A model generated the notes under the pieces. It worked only from the letters and a program-made list of their open reading frames with translations, did no database searches and was not told the DNA's origin. From NCBI GenBank assembly GCA_965221775.1, contig CBDCSU010000006.1, forward strand, positions 1,408,001-1,472,000: 64,000 nt of DNA, in the 5' to 3' direction. Made by a program: the position numbers and the translations under genes. Positions 29,162 to 38,961 of this stretch are shown one piece after another. Source of the DNA: Candidatus Latescibacterota bacterium. Its GTDB lineage: Bacteria > Latescibacterota > UBA2968 > UBA8231. The stretch's first letter is position 1; the number at the start of each line of letters is the position of its first letter.

Positions 29162-30985
29162 CTACTCCGGGGCCGCGGCGGCGCGCAGGGCCGCCTCGAT
29201 GCGGTCCTTCACCCGGTAGGGGTCGATGTCGACGACCGGGTCCGCCCCGAGGGAACGGCCCTCGGCCATCGCTTCCCGCAGCCTTTCCCGCCGGTCCTCG
29301 TCGACCCAGAAGACCTGCCAGTCGGTCATCTGCTGGGTGCGCTTGGGGAAATAGAACTCCGGGAAGCGGAGGTGGTCCCAGTGCAGGAGCCGCATGAAGG
29401 GCGCGTGCCAGAAGGGCACGTAGAAGGCCTCGTCCTGAACGATGGCGTCGAGGTCGTGCATCGCCGCCAGCCGGCGCTCCTTGTCGGTGTCGAAGCGGTA
29501 GACGTCGATGAGGGAGTCGGTGTGCGCGGTCCCGAAGGCCCAGACGTTGTTGTTGTTCTTCGACTCCTTGAAGACGGTGGAGAAGTACTGGTGGGGGCTC
29601 GGGAAGAGGCCGGCGGTGCGCCCCATGATCGTCATCTCGTACTCCCGCTCCAGGCCGTTGCGGAAGGCGGTGCCGGGCTCCAGCAGGCGCAGGGACATGT
29701 CGACGCCGAAGCGCTGGAAGGTCTGCTTCACCACCGTCATATGGCGCTCCAGTCCCTTGCTTCCGTACGAGAGGGTGAAGGCGGCGCGGGTGCCCTCGCC
29801 GTCGACGAGAATGCCGTCCTCGCCCCGGCGGGTGAAGCCCGCCGCCTTCAGGTGCTCGCGCGCCTTGCGCGGGTCGAAGCCGTACGGCACCAGGTCCCGG
29901 TTCTCGTACTCGGTGCCGGTGAAGGCCGAGACCTGCCGGTAGTAGGCATTGTGCATCAGCTTGGAGTTGATCTCGTCGAAGTGGAAGAGGTACTGGATCG
30001 CCTTGCGGAAGTCCTTGTTCCGGAAGATCGGCCGCTCGAGGTTCATGGCGAAGCCGTACACGCCCTGGGGAAAGTCGATGAAGAGCCGCTTGCGGTGGGC
30101 CCAGCCCTGCTGCAGGGCCTCGAAGTCCATCTCCTCGGCCCACATGCGGGCCGTGTTCACGCTGTAGTAGTCGAGCTCTCCCTTCTTGAAGAAATCGAAG
30201 GCGCGGTCGGTGTCGTCGATGACGCGCACGTGGATGCGGTCGACGTTGTAGAGGCCCCGCATGTAGTGCTTGTCCCGGCCCCACCAGTCCTTCAGGCGTT
30301 CGAAGACGACGTACTGCCCCGGCACCCGCTCGGTGAGCACGTAGGCGCCCTGCACCGGCAGGACGGCGTCGTTGTAGCGGTCGGGAAACCCCTCCTCGAG
30401 GGTGACGGCGTGCCTCGGGGTCGCCCAGAGAGCGAACATGTCCAGGGGACGCCAGCTCTCGAACCGGCCCACCACCTTGAGCACGTGAGGCTCCAAGGCG
30501 ACGACCTCCTCGAAGTAGTCCTCGGCGTACTGGTTGAAGAAGGGGTCGACGATGTGCTCGCTGCGCATCATCTGCCAGGTGTGCACGTAGTCCTCGGCCG
30601 TGATCGGCCTGCCGTCGCTCCAGCGGGCGTCGGGATCGAGCCTGTAATAGATGGTCCGCCCGTCCTCCTGCACCGACCAGTGGGTGGCCATGACCGGGAT
30701 GTGGCGGTCCGTCGTGGGGTGGCGCGTGACCATGGTCAGGGCCATGGTGAGGGCCCGCTTCCAGGCGGCGAAGGCGTCGTTGGCGTTGGGGCCGACGATG
30801 CGCAGGGTCAGGGGGTAGGCGGTCATGAAGGTGCGGAACTCGCCCCCCTTGCGGGCGGCGGCATCGCCGATGGGCGGGTCGTCGGTGTTGGTCTCCCACT
30901 CGATGGCGGAGAGATCCTCGGCGCCGCCACGGGCGCCCAGGGCGAGGAGGAGCAGGGGGATGATGAGAGGGAAGCGGCGCCCCAT
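29162..30985 (-). CDS. Family-5 solute-binding protein (YejA-like)
   Basis: Signal peptide, ARKGG, ARWSDGRPITAED, WWGRD, FDP..AREHL. Confidence 0.88.
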   Translation of the reverse strand: MGRRFPLIIPLLLLALGARGGAEDLSAIEWETNTDDPPIGDAAARKGGEFRTFMTAYPLTLRIVGPNANDAFAAWKRALTMALTMVTRHPTTDRHIPVMATHWSVQEDGRTIYYRLDPDARWSDGRPITAEDYVHTWQMMRSEHIVDPFFNQYAEDYFEEVVALEPHVLKVVGRFESWRPLDMFALWATPRHAVTLEEGFPDRYNDAVLPVQGAYVLTERVPGQYVVFERLKDWWGRDKHYMRGLYNVDRIHVRVIDDTDRAFDFFKKGELDYYSVNTARMWAEEMDFEALQQGWAHRKRLFIDFPQGVYGFAMNLERPIFRNKDFRKAIQYLFHFDEINSKLMHNAYYRQVSAFTGTEYENRDLVPYGFDPRKAREHLKAAGFTRRGEDGILVDGEGTRAAFTLSYGSKGLERHMTVVKQTFQRFGVDMSLRLLEPGTAFRNGLEREYEMTIMGRTAGLFPSPHQYFSTVFKESKNNNNVWAFGTAHTDSLIDVYRFDTDKERRLAAMHDLDAIVQDEAFYVPFWHAPFMRLLHWDHLRFPEFYFPKRTQQMTDWQVFWVDEDRRERLREAMAEGRSLGADPVVDIDPYRVKDRIEAALRAAAAPE

Positions 30986-30999
30986 GGCGGTCCTTTCGT

Positions 31000-32061
31000 C
31001 TATCGGTAGTGGGCGTACTGCTTGGGGTCGAAGGCCTCGCGGATCGACTCGCCCACGAGGGTCACCAGCACGAGAGTTGCGGAGAGGGCCGAGAAGGGGG
31101 CCACGGAGAGCCAGATCTTGTCGCGGTTTTGGCTGTCCAGGGCCTGGTCGATCATCTCGCCCCAGCTCGGCGTCGGCGCCGGCAGGCCGTAGCCGAGGTA
31201 GTCCAGGGCCGTCAGGGCGCTGATGGCGCCGACGAGAGCGAAGGGCGTGATCGTCACCAGGGGCGTCAGGCAGTTGGGCAGCAGGTGGCGGAAGATCAGC
31301 CGCCGGCGCGAGGCCCCGAAGGAGCGCGCCGCCAGGCAGTAGTCGCGCGTCTTCTCGCGGTAGACCTCGGTGCGCATGTAGTAGGTCATGCGGATCCACT
31401 CGAAGAGGGCCATGATCACCAGCAGCAGCCCGAAACTGGGCTTGAAGAACGTGGCCAGGAGGATGACCACGTAGAGGAAGGGCAGGGTCGACCAGATCTC
31501 TATGAAGCGCTGGCTGAGGATATCGAAGCGGCCGCCCACGAAGCCCTGCAGGGCGCCGATGGCGGTGCCCGCCGCCTGGCTGGTGAAGACCAGGGCCACG
31601 GCAAAGAGGATGGAGATGCGGAAACCGTAGAGGAGCCGGGCGAAGACGTCCCGGCCCTGGGAGTCGGTGCCGAACCAGTGCCGGGAGTCGGGGGGGTTGG
31701 GCGGCGGATCTTCATAGCTGAAGTCGGGCTCGTAGGGGTCGAAGGGGACGACCGGCATCCACACCCAGTCGCCGCCGCCGGCCTCCTGGAACCGCGCCCG
31801 CAGGGCCGCGTAGTCGGCCTCGACGTCGTCGAAGCCGTACTCGTCCTGCTGGCCGAAGGTGGCCATGTCGTGGAAGCGGAAAGTGGGGAAGAAGTACTCC
31901 CCCTGGTAGTGGACGACGATGGCCCGCCGGTTGGCGACGTAGTTGGAGAGCAGGGACAGGACGGTGAGGCCCAGCAGGATCAGGAAGGAGACGTAGCCCC
32001 GGCGGATGCGGCGGAACCGTCGCAGGCGCAGGCGGGTGATCGGATCGAGGCGCGGGATCAT
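31000..32061 (-). CDS. Peptide ABC permease (YejE/OppC-like)
   Basis: RFRRIRRGY, HWFGTDSQGRDVFARL, EAA-like loop, HLLPN, PTPSWGE. Confidence 0.9.
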   Translation of the reverse strand: MIPRLDPITRLRLRRFRRIRRGYVSFLILLGLTVLSLLSNYVANRRAIVVHYQGEYFFPTFRFHDMATFGQQDEYGFDDVEADYAALRARFQEAGGGDWVWMPVVPFDPYEPDFSYEDPPPNPPDSRHWFGTDSQGRDVFARLLYGFRISILFAVALVFTSQAAGTAIGALQGFVGGRFDILSQRFIEIWSTLPFLYVVILLATFFKPSFGLLLVIMALFEWIRMTYYMRTEVYREKTRDYCLAARSFGASRRRLIFRHLLPNCLTPLVTITPFALVGAISALTALDYLGYGLPAPTPSWGEMIDQALDSQNRDKIWLSVAPFSALSATLVLVTLVGESIREAFDPKQYAHYR

Positions 32062-33113
32062 TCGCCGAACCGCACGCGCGGGTCGACCCAGGCCACGCAC
32101 AGGTCGCTGAGCAGGTTGCCCACGAGGAGCAGGACGGAGGAGATGAAGATGTAGCCCATGACCACAGGGTAGTCCCGCGCCGTGATGGCCTCGAAGAACA
32201 GCAGGCCCATGCCGGGGATCCCGAAGACGCGCTCGATGAGCAGGGAACCGGCGAGGATGAGGGAGATGTTGTTGCCGAAGCTGGTGGCGATGGGGATGAG
32301 CGAGTTGCGCAGGGCGTGGACGAAGACCGAGCGCCTCCAGGTCATGCCCTTGGCGAGAGCGGTCTTGACGTAGTCGGCGCCCATGTTCTCGAGCAGGCTG
32401 TTCTTCATGAGGATGGTCATGAAGGCGAAGAGGCTGATGGCGAAGCAGAGGACGGGCAGGGCCGTGTGGTGCAGGCGGTCTAGGATCTTGCCGGAGAAGC
32501 TCAGGTCGGCGAAGCCCTGGCTCTCGAACCCGGCCAGGGGAAACCAGTCCCGCTGCACGGCGAAGAGGGCCAGCAGCACGGCCCCCAGGGCGTACCCCGG
32601 GATGGCGTACCCGAGGAAGATGACGAAGGAGGTGAGGTTGTCGAAGTGACTCTTGTGGCGCAGGGCCTTGAGGATGCCGAGGGGGATGCAGATCGAATAG
32701 GTCAGGAGGAAGGCGATGCCGCCGAAATAGATGGAGACGGGCATGCGGCTGACGATGAGGTCCTCCACCGGCATGGTGTAGCGGAAGGAATCCCCCAGGT
32801 CGAGGGTGGCCAGGTTCGCCAGGTAGAGGCCGTAGCGCACCAGCAGGGGACGGTCGAAGCCGTAGTACCGCTGCAGGCTCTCCAGGTCGGCCTGGGGAAT
32901 CTCGATGGAGGAGAGGCGCCCGCCGCCCGCGGCTCCGGCCTCTCCCGCCGGGTCGGCCCCGGCGATGCGCATCCGCATCTGATCGATGGGACCGCCGGGC
33001 ACGAACTGGCACAGGAGGAAGACCAGGAAGGTGATGCCCAGCAGGGTGGGCAGGATCAGGAGCAGGCGCCGGAGGACGTACTGGCGCAGGGCGTGGGCGC
33101 GCGATACGGGCAT
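32058..33113 (-). CDS. Peptide ABC permease (YejB/OppB-like)
   Basis: RRLLLILPTL, VPGGP, DYVKTALAKG, HALRNSLIP, DPRV. Confidence 0.92.
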   Translation of the reverse strand: MPVSRAHALRQYVLRRLLLILPTLLGITFLVFLLCQFVPGGPIDQMRMRIAGADPAGEAGAAGGGRLSSIEIPQADLESLQRYYGFDRPLLVRYGLYLANLATLDLGDSFRYTMPVEDLIVSRMPVSIYFGGIAFLLTYSICIPLGILKALRHKSHFDNLTSFVIFLGYAIPGYALGAVLLALFAVQRDWFPLAGFESQGFADLSFSGKILDRLHHTALPVLCFAISLFAFMTILMKNSLLENMGADYVKTALAKGMTWRRSVFVHALRNSLIPIATSFGNNISLILAGSLLIERVFGIPGMGLLFFEAITARDYPVVMGYIFISSVLLLVGNLLSDLCVAWVDPRVRFGE

Positions 33114-33123
33114 TTCCGCGACG

Positions 33124-34137
33124 CTACTGGCCCAGGGCTTCAGCCCTTTCGTACGCGGTCTCGCTCTCCTGGATGCGGGACCTCAAGGCGTAGATGCGGC
33201 CCAGCTCGCGCCACACCGCGGCATTCTCCGGCAGCTCGACGGAAAGCCGCTCCAGCAGGGGCAGGGCGAGGTCCAGCTCCTCCAGGGCCAGGTAGGTGAC
33301 GGCGAGGTTGAAGCGGGCATCGGCGTTGCCGTCGTCGAGTGCCACGGCGCGCTCGAAGTGTCCGCGGGCGACGGCGAACTCCTCGCCGGCCCAGTGCAGG
33401 TTGCCCAGGGTGAAGTGGCAATCGAAGCAGTCCGGGTTGATGGCCAGGGCGCGCTGCACCAGCTCCCCCGCCTCGGCCGGGCGGTCCTGGTCCATGTGGA
33501 CCATGGCCAGGTGCACGAGGGCGCCCTGGTGCTCGCCGTGCTTGAGCACCGCCTCGAAGCAGCGGGCCGCCTCGTCGTAGCTCTGCCGGCTGAGGTACAG
33601 GGTGCCCAGCATGCGGTACGTCGACGTGTCGTCGGGCGCCTGGGAGACGACGTGCTCGAAGCCGCTGACGGCGCCGTCCAGATCGCCGAGCTGATAGTCG
33701 ACGACGGCGAGGTTGCGCCAGGCCATCAGCTCATCGGGCAGCACCCGCACGGCGAGGGCGAAGTGGCCGCGCGCGGCCTCCAGATCGGGAGTTGCGCCGC
33801 CGGCGACGGCAACCCCCTCGTTGTAGATCCGCGACCCGTAGCGCCGCCTCTCGTCGGCGATCTGCTCGTCGAACTTGCCCCCCAGCTCCTGGGCCCGGTC
33901 GAAGGCGTCGGCCATGGCCGGGTAGTCGCCCAGCAGGCCGCAGACCCTTCCGAGGTGGAAGAACCCCTCGGCGTTGCCGGGCTTCTCGGCCACGGCGAGC
34001 TCGAGCTGCTCCCGGGCCTTGTCGTACTGCTCCTGCTGGATGTAGAGCTTGCCGGCCGTGAGCGAGCTCTGGCACCCCGTCAGGGCGGGAAGGCAGGCGA
34101 GCAGGGCGGCGGCGCACAGGGCGAGGGAGGATCGCAT
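33124..34137 (-). CDS. Tetratricopeptide-repeat lipoprotein
   Basis: Lipobox LTG|C; multiple TPR helix pairs. Confidence 0.85.
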   Translation of the reverse strand: MRSSLALCAAALLACLPALTGCQSSLTAGKLYIQQEQYDKAREQLELAVAEKPGNAEGFFHLGRVCGLLGDYPAMADAFDRAQELGGKFDEQIADERRRYGSRIYNEGVAVAGGATPDLEAARGHFALAVRVLPDELMAWRNLAVVDYQLGDLDGAVSGFEHVVSQAPDDTSTYRMLGTLYLSRQSYDEAARCFEAVLKHGEHQGALVHLAMVHMDQDRPAEAGELVQRALAINPDCFDCHFTLGNLHWAGEEFAVARGHFERAVALDDGNADARFNLAVTYLALEELDLALPLLERLSVELPENAAVWRELGRIYALRSRIQESETAYERAEALGQ

Positions 34138-34150
34138 GGGAAGCCTCTTG

Positions 34151-35074
34151 TCAGACGAAGGTGAGCCAGCCGTGGCGGTCCTCCACCTCGGCGTTGATGG
34201 TCTGGAAGAACAAGGTCTGCAGGCGCTCGGTGACCGGACCCCGGCGGCCCGAGCCGATGGGGATCCTGTCGATGGCGCGCACCGGGGAGATCTCCGCCGC
34301 CGTCCCCGTGAAGAACACCTCGTCGGCGATATAGAGGAGCTCGCGCGGGATGGCGCCGGACTCGACCTCCATGCCCAGGTCCCGGGCCAGGGTGATGGCC
34401 GAGTGCCGGGTGATGCCGGGCAGGATCGAGTGGTGGGACGCGGGGGTGTGGATCGTGCCGTCCTTGACGAGGAAGACGTTCTCGCCGCTGCCCTCGCTCA
34501 CCAGGCCGTCGGGGCCGAGGACGATGCCCTCGTCGTAGCCGTTGGCACTGGCCTCCATGCGAACGAGCTGGGAATTGAGGTAGTTCCCCCCGGCCTTGGC
34601 CAGGTTCGGCATGGTGTTGGGCGCCGAGCGGTTCCACGACGACGTGCACACCGAGACGCCCTGCTCCAGGGCCTCCTCGCCGAGGTACTCCCCCCATTCC
34701 CAGACGGCGATGACCGTGTCCACCGGGCAGGGCAGGGGATCGACGCCGAGGGAACCGTAGCCGCGGAAGGCGATGGGCCGGATGTAGCAGGCCTCGAGCC
34801 GGTTGACCCGGATCGTCTCCAGGATCGCCTCGGCGACCTGGCCGCGGTCGAAGGGGATCTCCATGCGGTAGATCCTGGCCGAATCGAAGAGCCGGGTCAC
34901 GTGGTCCTGCAGGCGGAAGACCGCCGGCCCCTTCTTCGTGGCATAGCAGCGGATCCCCTCGAAGACGGAGGAGCCGTAATGCACCACGTGGGAGAGGACG
35001 TGGGTGCGGGCCTCGTCCCAGGGCACGAACTGGCCGTTGAACCAGATCTTCTCGGATTTCGGCATGGGGGGCAT
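34151..35074 (-). CDS. ilvE: Branched-chain amino acid aminotransferase
   Basis: [43 protein letters not shown]. Confidence 0.96.
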   Translation of the reverse strand: MPPMPKSEKIWFNGQFVPWDEARTHVLSHVVHYGSSVFEGIRCYATKKGPAVFRLQDHVTRLFDSARIYRMEIPFDRGQVAEAILETIRVNRLEACYIRPIAFRGYGSLGVDPLPCPVDTVIAVWEWGEYLGEEALEQGVSVCTSSWNRSAPNTMPNLAKAGGNYLNSQLVRMEASANGYDEGIVLGPDGLVSEGSGENVFLVKDGTIHTPASHHSILPGITRHSAITLARDLGMEVESGAIPRELLYIADEVFFTGTAAEISPVRAIDRIPIGSGRRGPVTERLQTLFFQTINAEVEDRHGWLTFV

Positions 35075-35110
35075 GAAAGGGCTCCTGCACGGCGCGTTGG
35101 GCGCCGCCGG

Positions 35111-37015
35111 TCAGAACGAACGGGTGAGGGTGAGGTTCATCCTGTCGAAGGTGCCGCTGCGCTGCCGCGAGCGGCTGAAGGACGAGGTCAGACCGGTCTG
35201 TCCGGCCGGCTGGTAGTTGAGGTTGAGCCTCAAGGTCTCGTGGGGGTGGCGGGCGACGCGATCCCGTTCGACCTCGTCGCGTCCGTAGAGGACTCGCCAC
35301 TGGCGCCGAAGCCGGACCGAGTAGCTCATGGATATGGAGGCACCTTCGGCCGGGCGATAGCTCATGTTGAAGTTCGCCGAGTGGTCGCTGTTCTCCCCCT
35401 CGACGATCTGGGCGTCCTCCTCCGTCAACAGCGTGCCGGAATCATCGGCCTTGTAGGAGTAGCTGGTGCTGAGGCTCAGGGAATTGAGCAGGGACCGCTG
35501 GACCTTGTGAGTCATGCCCCAACTGCGGTGGATTTCGCTGCGCCGGTCGACGGCGTCGGGGCTCAACTGGCGATCGAAGTCGAAGATAGTGCGCCGTGCG
35601 GATATTTGAAAGGTGTGGCTCACTTGCAGCTCGTGGCGTTCGTAGTTCGTGCCCATGGAGAGCCGGATATTGAGGTTGCGCTGGTTGTCGCCGGCCCTGG
35701 AAGCGTCGAGGTTGACCCGGCGAGAGAGGTTGGATGACAGGGAACTGTTGTAGCGCAGACCGCTCGGGCGCGCCCCTCGAAGTGAGAGAGAGAGGTTGCG
35801 GTTGAAGAGGTCCCGGTCCTGGTGAGGGGCGCCCGGGTTGTCGGAACGGTTCATGCGAGTCGATGCGGAGAGGTTGATCGTGTGCTCCTTGTCCAGCTGC
35901 CAGTTCAGCGATCCACCGAGGTCCAGGTTCTGGTTCTCGCGGTCGTCCGTGGGATCCCGGAAGGCGGCCCCGCTGGAGAGAGTCACCGGCAGGCGCCGCT
36001 CGTCGTTGGTCGACCAGCCCAGCTTCAGGCTGCCCACGAGGGTTTCGCTCAGCCGGCCGCTGGCGTTGCCGCTGAGGTCCCACTTCTCGTTCTTGCGGTC
36101 CCTCGCATAGAAGCGGTTCCCCACGTCTTCCTCGGCATTGGCGGTGTTGGTGTTCAGTCCCTTCGACCAGCTCTGGTTCCCCCTCATGTCGAAGCCGAAG
36201 AGCTTGAAGGACAGAGAGGAGGACAGGCTGGTGTTGCGGCGCTCGGACAGCTCCGCCGCCACGGAGGCCTTCGAGCCGTCGAAGACGGGACGGGAGACGC
36301 CGGCCTGGGAACGGCTCTCACCCAGGGAAAAACCGGTGCGCACATCTCCTGGGAGGGTGTAGCCAGCGCTCATGCGCAGGCTCTCGCTGCGGCTCTTGTT
36401 GATCTCGAGGGTGTTGTCCGTCTTGCTCAGGGAGAGGTTCGTGGTGAGCTTGCGGCCCCCCACCTCGAAGGCCGGCGACGTATTCATCGAACCCGTGTAC
36501 TGGAGCCCCGACTCCTCGATGAGGCTGTCCGGATTCACCGGACTCGCGCGCCGGGCCGAGATCACCCCCGGAACGACGTTGAAGCGCAGGTTGCGGAAGA
36601 CCCCTTCACTCCCGGCCAGGGGCTGGTAGCCGAAACGGAACCCGAAGGACTGGCTGCGCGTGCGCTGGCGCTGCAGACCGGCGTTCCGGCTCCGCATGCT
36701 GGCGTTGACTCCGATGGAGGCCCTGGGGCCGAGGATCGGATAGGTCACGGAGGTGCGGATACCGGCCGACTCCTGCCAGACGTGGCCGCGGCGGTCGAGC
36801 TGCGAGGTCAACGACGCCGAGGCGTTCATGCTCAGTTGGGCGGTGGTATCGCCCGCCGCCGCCAGGGTCACGGGGGTCGAGAAGCGCCATCCGGGAAAGG
36901 TCGGCGTCCACACCATTCGGTCCCTTGTCCCGCTGAATCTCAGGGAATAGCTCTGGCCCCAGCCCTCCGGGGGCCCGGTCACCACGACGAGGACGGCGAT
37001 CAGGAGGGGTCTCAC
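35111..37015 (-). CDS. Large uncharacterised outer-membrane beta-barrel protein
   Basis: Signal peptide, S/T/N/R-rich alternating strands throughout, C-terminal beta-signal LTLTRSF; GTGA overlap with rsmA. Confidence 0.75.
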   Translation of the reverse strand: MRPLLIAVLVVVTGPPEGWGQSYSLRFSGTRDRMVWTPTFPGWRFSTPVTLAAAGDTTAQLSMNASASLTSQLDRRGHVWQESAGIRTSVTYPILGPRASIGVNASMRSRNAGLQRQRTRSQSFGFRFGYQPLAGSEGVFRNLRFNVVPGVISARRASPVNPDSLIEESGLQYTGSMNTSPAFEVGGRKLTTNLSLSKTDNTLEINKSRSESLRMSAGYTLPGDVRTGFSLGESRSQAGVSRPVFDGSKASVAAELSERRNTSLSSSLSFKLFGFDMRGNQSWSKGLNTNTANAEEDVGNRFYARDRKNEKWDLSGNASGRLSETLVGSLKLGWSTNDERRLPVTLSSGAAFRDPTDDRENQNLDLGGSLNWQLDKEHTINLSASTRMNRSDNPGAPHQDRDLFNRNLSLSLRGARPSGLRYNSSLSSNLSRRVNLDASRAGDNQRNLNIRLSMGTNYERHELQVSHTFQISARRTIFDFDRQLSPDAVDRRSEIHRSWGMTHKVQRSLLNSLSLSTSYSYKADDSGTLLTEEDAQIVEGENSDHSANFNMSYRPAEGASISMSYSVRLRRQWRVLYGRDEVERDRVARHPHETLRLNLNYQPAGQTGLTSSFSRSRQRSGTFDRMNLTLTRSF

Positions 37016-37857
37016 GCCGCCGACTCGGTCCACACCCCGGTGAGGCGGGCGTAGTCGTGAACGCTCAGGTTCTCGGCGCGCCTCGTCAGGTCGATCCGCG
37101 CGCGCCCGGCCAGGTCCGCCAGCCTTCCGGGGGCGACGGCGCCTTCCTCGGGTCCGGGGGAGGGCAGGGCGGCCAGGGCGTTGCGGAGCATCTTCCGGCG
37201 CTGCGCGAAGGCGGCCTTGACGATCTGCTCGAAGCGGCCCATGTCGACCACGGAAACGCGGCCGGGCAGGAACTCGATGTCGACCACGGCGGAATCGACC
37301 CGCGGCACGGGGCGAAAGGCGGTGGGTGGGATCTGCCGGGCCAGGTCGATGCGGGCGCACTGGTTCAGCATCACCGTGAGGCGGCCGTAGCGGCGTGACC
37401 CCGGGGCCGCCACCAGCCGTTCGGCGACCTCCTTCTGGAGGGTGAGGACGGCGCGGCGGACCAGGCCGGCATGCTCCCGGAGCCGGAAGAGGACGGGAGC
37501 GGTGATGTCGTACGGCAGGTTGCCGACGACGAAGAGGTTGCGCCGGCCTTCGTCGCCGGGGAGCCCCGCCAGGTCGAGGCGAAGGATGTCCCCCTCGATG
37601 ATGCGAAGGGGCGGGTCCGGAAACCGGGACCGCAGCTGGCCGGCGAGGCGGCGGTCGATCTCCACGGCCACGAGACGGTCCAGCCGGTCCAGCAGGGGGG
37701 CGGTGATCGCGCCCCTTCCCGGGCCGATCTCGAGGACGAGGTCGTCGGGCGCCGGACGCACCAGATCGGCGATCGCCGCCCGCGCCTCGGCGTCGATCAG
37801 GAAGTGCTGGCCGAAGCGCTTGCGCGGCCGGGGCCGGGCCCCCGGAGGACGCTTCAC
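37012..37857 (-). CDS. rsmA: 16S rRNA dimethyladenosine transferase KsgA
   Basis: KRFGQHFL, LEIGPGRG, VGNLPY, QKEVAER, PRVDSAV, RRKMLRN. Confidence 0.95.
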   Translation of the reverse strand: MKRPPGARPRPRKRFGQHFLIDAEARAAIADLVRPAPDDLVLEIGPGRGAITAPLLDRLDRLVAVEIDRRLAGQLRSRFPDPPLRIIEGDILRLDLAGLPGDEGRRNLFVVGNLPYDITAPVLFRLREHAGLVRRAVLTLQKEVAERLVAAPGSRRYGRLTVMLNQCARIDLARQIPPTAFRPVPRVDSAVVDIEFLPGRVSVVDMGRFEQIVKAAFAQRRKMLRNALAALPSPGPEEGAVAPGRLADLAGRARIDLTRRAENLSVHDYARLTGVWTESAA

Positions 37858-38951
37858 GCCGGGGAAGCTCCGGCGCGGCGCAACTGGTACCAGAGATCGG
37901 CCAGCAGCAGCTGGGGGTTCACGTTGCGGCCCAAGGCTTCGTACGCCGAGTCCAGGGTACGCGCCAGGCGGTCGAGTCCCACCCCCGAGATGCGGCGGCT
38001 CCAGTCGTCGAGCCGTTCGCCGCGGTCGCCGTGGGCCACGGAGCCGCCGCGGCCGCCCTGCAGCAGCAACACGTCCCTCAGGTACGTGGAGCACAACTCG
38101 AGAAACGCTTCCATGCGCTCCTTGTCGGGCCTCCCCCCGAAATCCTCGAGGAGGGGCCAGTAGTCCCGCTCGCGGCCGCAGAGCCCGGAGTCGATGAAGC
38201 GCTCCACCAGGTCGCGCAGGGCGTCGAAGGACTCGTCCGCCACCTCCGCCGGACGGACCGGGCCGCTGGCGGCGAGTCGTCCGGCGAGGGAGGCCCGCTC
38301 CACCGACGCCCCCGAGCCCTGCAGCTCGTTCCGGACCTCGGCGGCGGTCCGAGGCCGCAGGGGCAACCGCTGGCACCGGGAGACGACCGTCGGCAGCAGG
38401 CGCTCCGCCGTTTCCGAGACCAGCAGGAAGAGGGCGTGGCCGGGCGGCTCCTCAAGGGTCTTCAGCAGCGAGTTGGACCCCTCGGGCCGCATGCGGTCGG
38501 CCTCGAAGATGACGGCCACGCGCCTCGAGGATCCCGGCGCCGGGGCGAAGGCCATCTCGCGCTGCACGGGCTCCAGGTACTCCTTCCGGATGGTTCCTCC
38601 CGTGCGCAGGGCCCTGCCGCCCTCGAGGTAGTCGAGGGCCGCCTCGCGGAGGGCGGCGAACCGCTCGGCCTCGGTCTCCTTGCGCCCCGGCCGGGGAGGG
38701 GGCATGGGCAGCAGAACCTGCAGGTTGGGATGGCTCAGATGATCGATCTGGAGGCAGGTCGGGCAGTCGCCGCAGCCGCCCGCCGGACCGCTCCGGCCGC
38801 AGAGGACCGCCCGCGCCAGCTCGATGGCCAGGCGCCGCTTGCCCGCGCCCTCCGGTCCGGTGATGAGGATGGCGTGGGGGAGGCGGCCGGAGTTCAGCCA
38901 GGCCGCGACCTGCGCCCTCGCCCGCTCCTGGCCGATGACCCGATCGAGCAC
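37854..38951 (-). CDS. holB: DNA polymerase III subunit delta-prime
   Basis: PHAILITGPEGAGK, CGDCPTC, NSLLKTLEEP, LLPTVVSRC. Confidence 0.88.
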   Translation of the reverse strand: MLDRVIGQERARAQVAAWLNSGRLPHAILITGPEGAGKRRLAIELARAVLCGRSGPAGGCGDCPTCLQIDHLSHPNLQVLLPMPPPRPGRKETEAERFAALREAALDYLEGGRALRTGGTIRKEYLEPVQREMAFAPAPGSSRRVAVIFEADRMRPEGSNSLLKTLEEPPGHALFLLVSETAERLLPTVVSRCQRLPLRPRTAAEVRNELQGSGASVERASLAGRLAASGPVRPAEVADESFDALRDLVERFIDSGLCGRERDYWPLLEDFGGRPDKERMEAFLELCSTYLRDVLLLQGGRGGSVAHGDRGERLDDWSRRISGVGLDRLARTLDSAYEALGRNVNPQLLLADLWYQLRRAGASPA

Positions 38952-38961
38952 GCCGCCGGGG

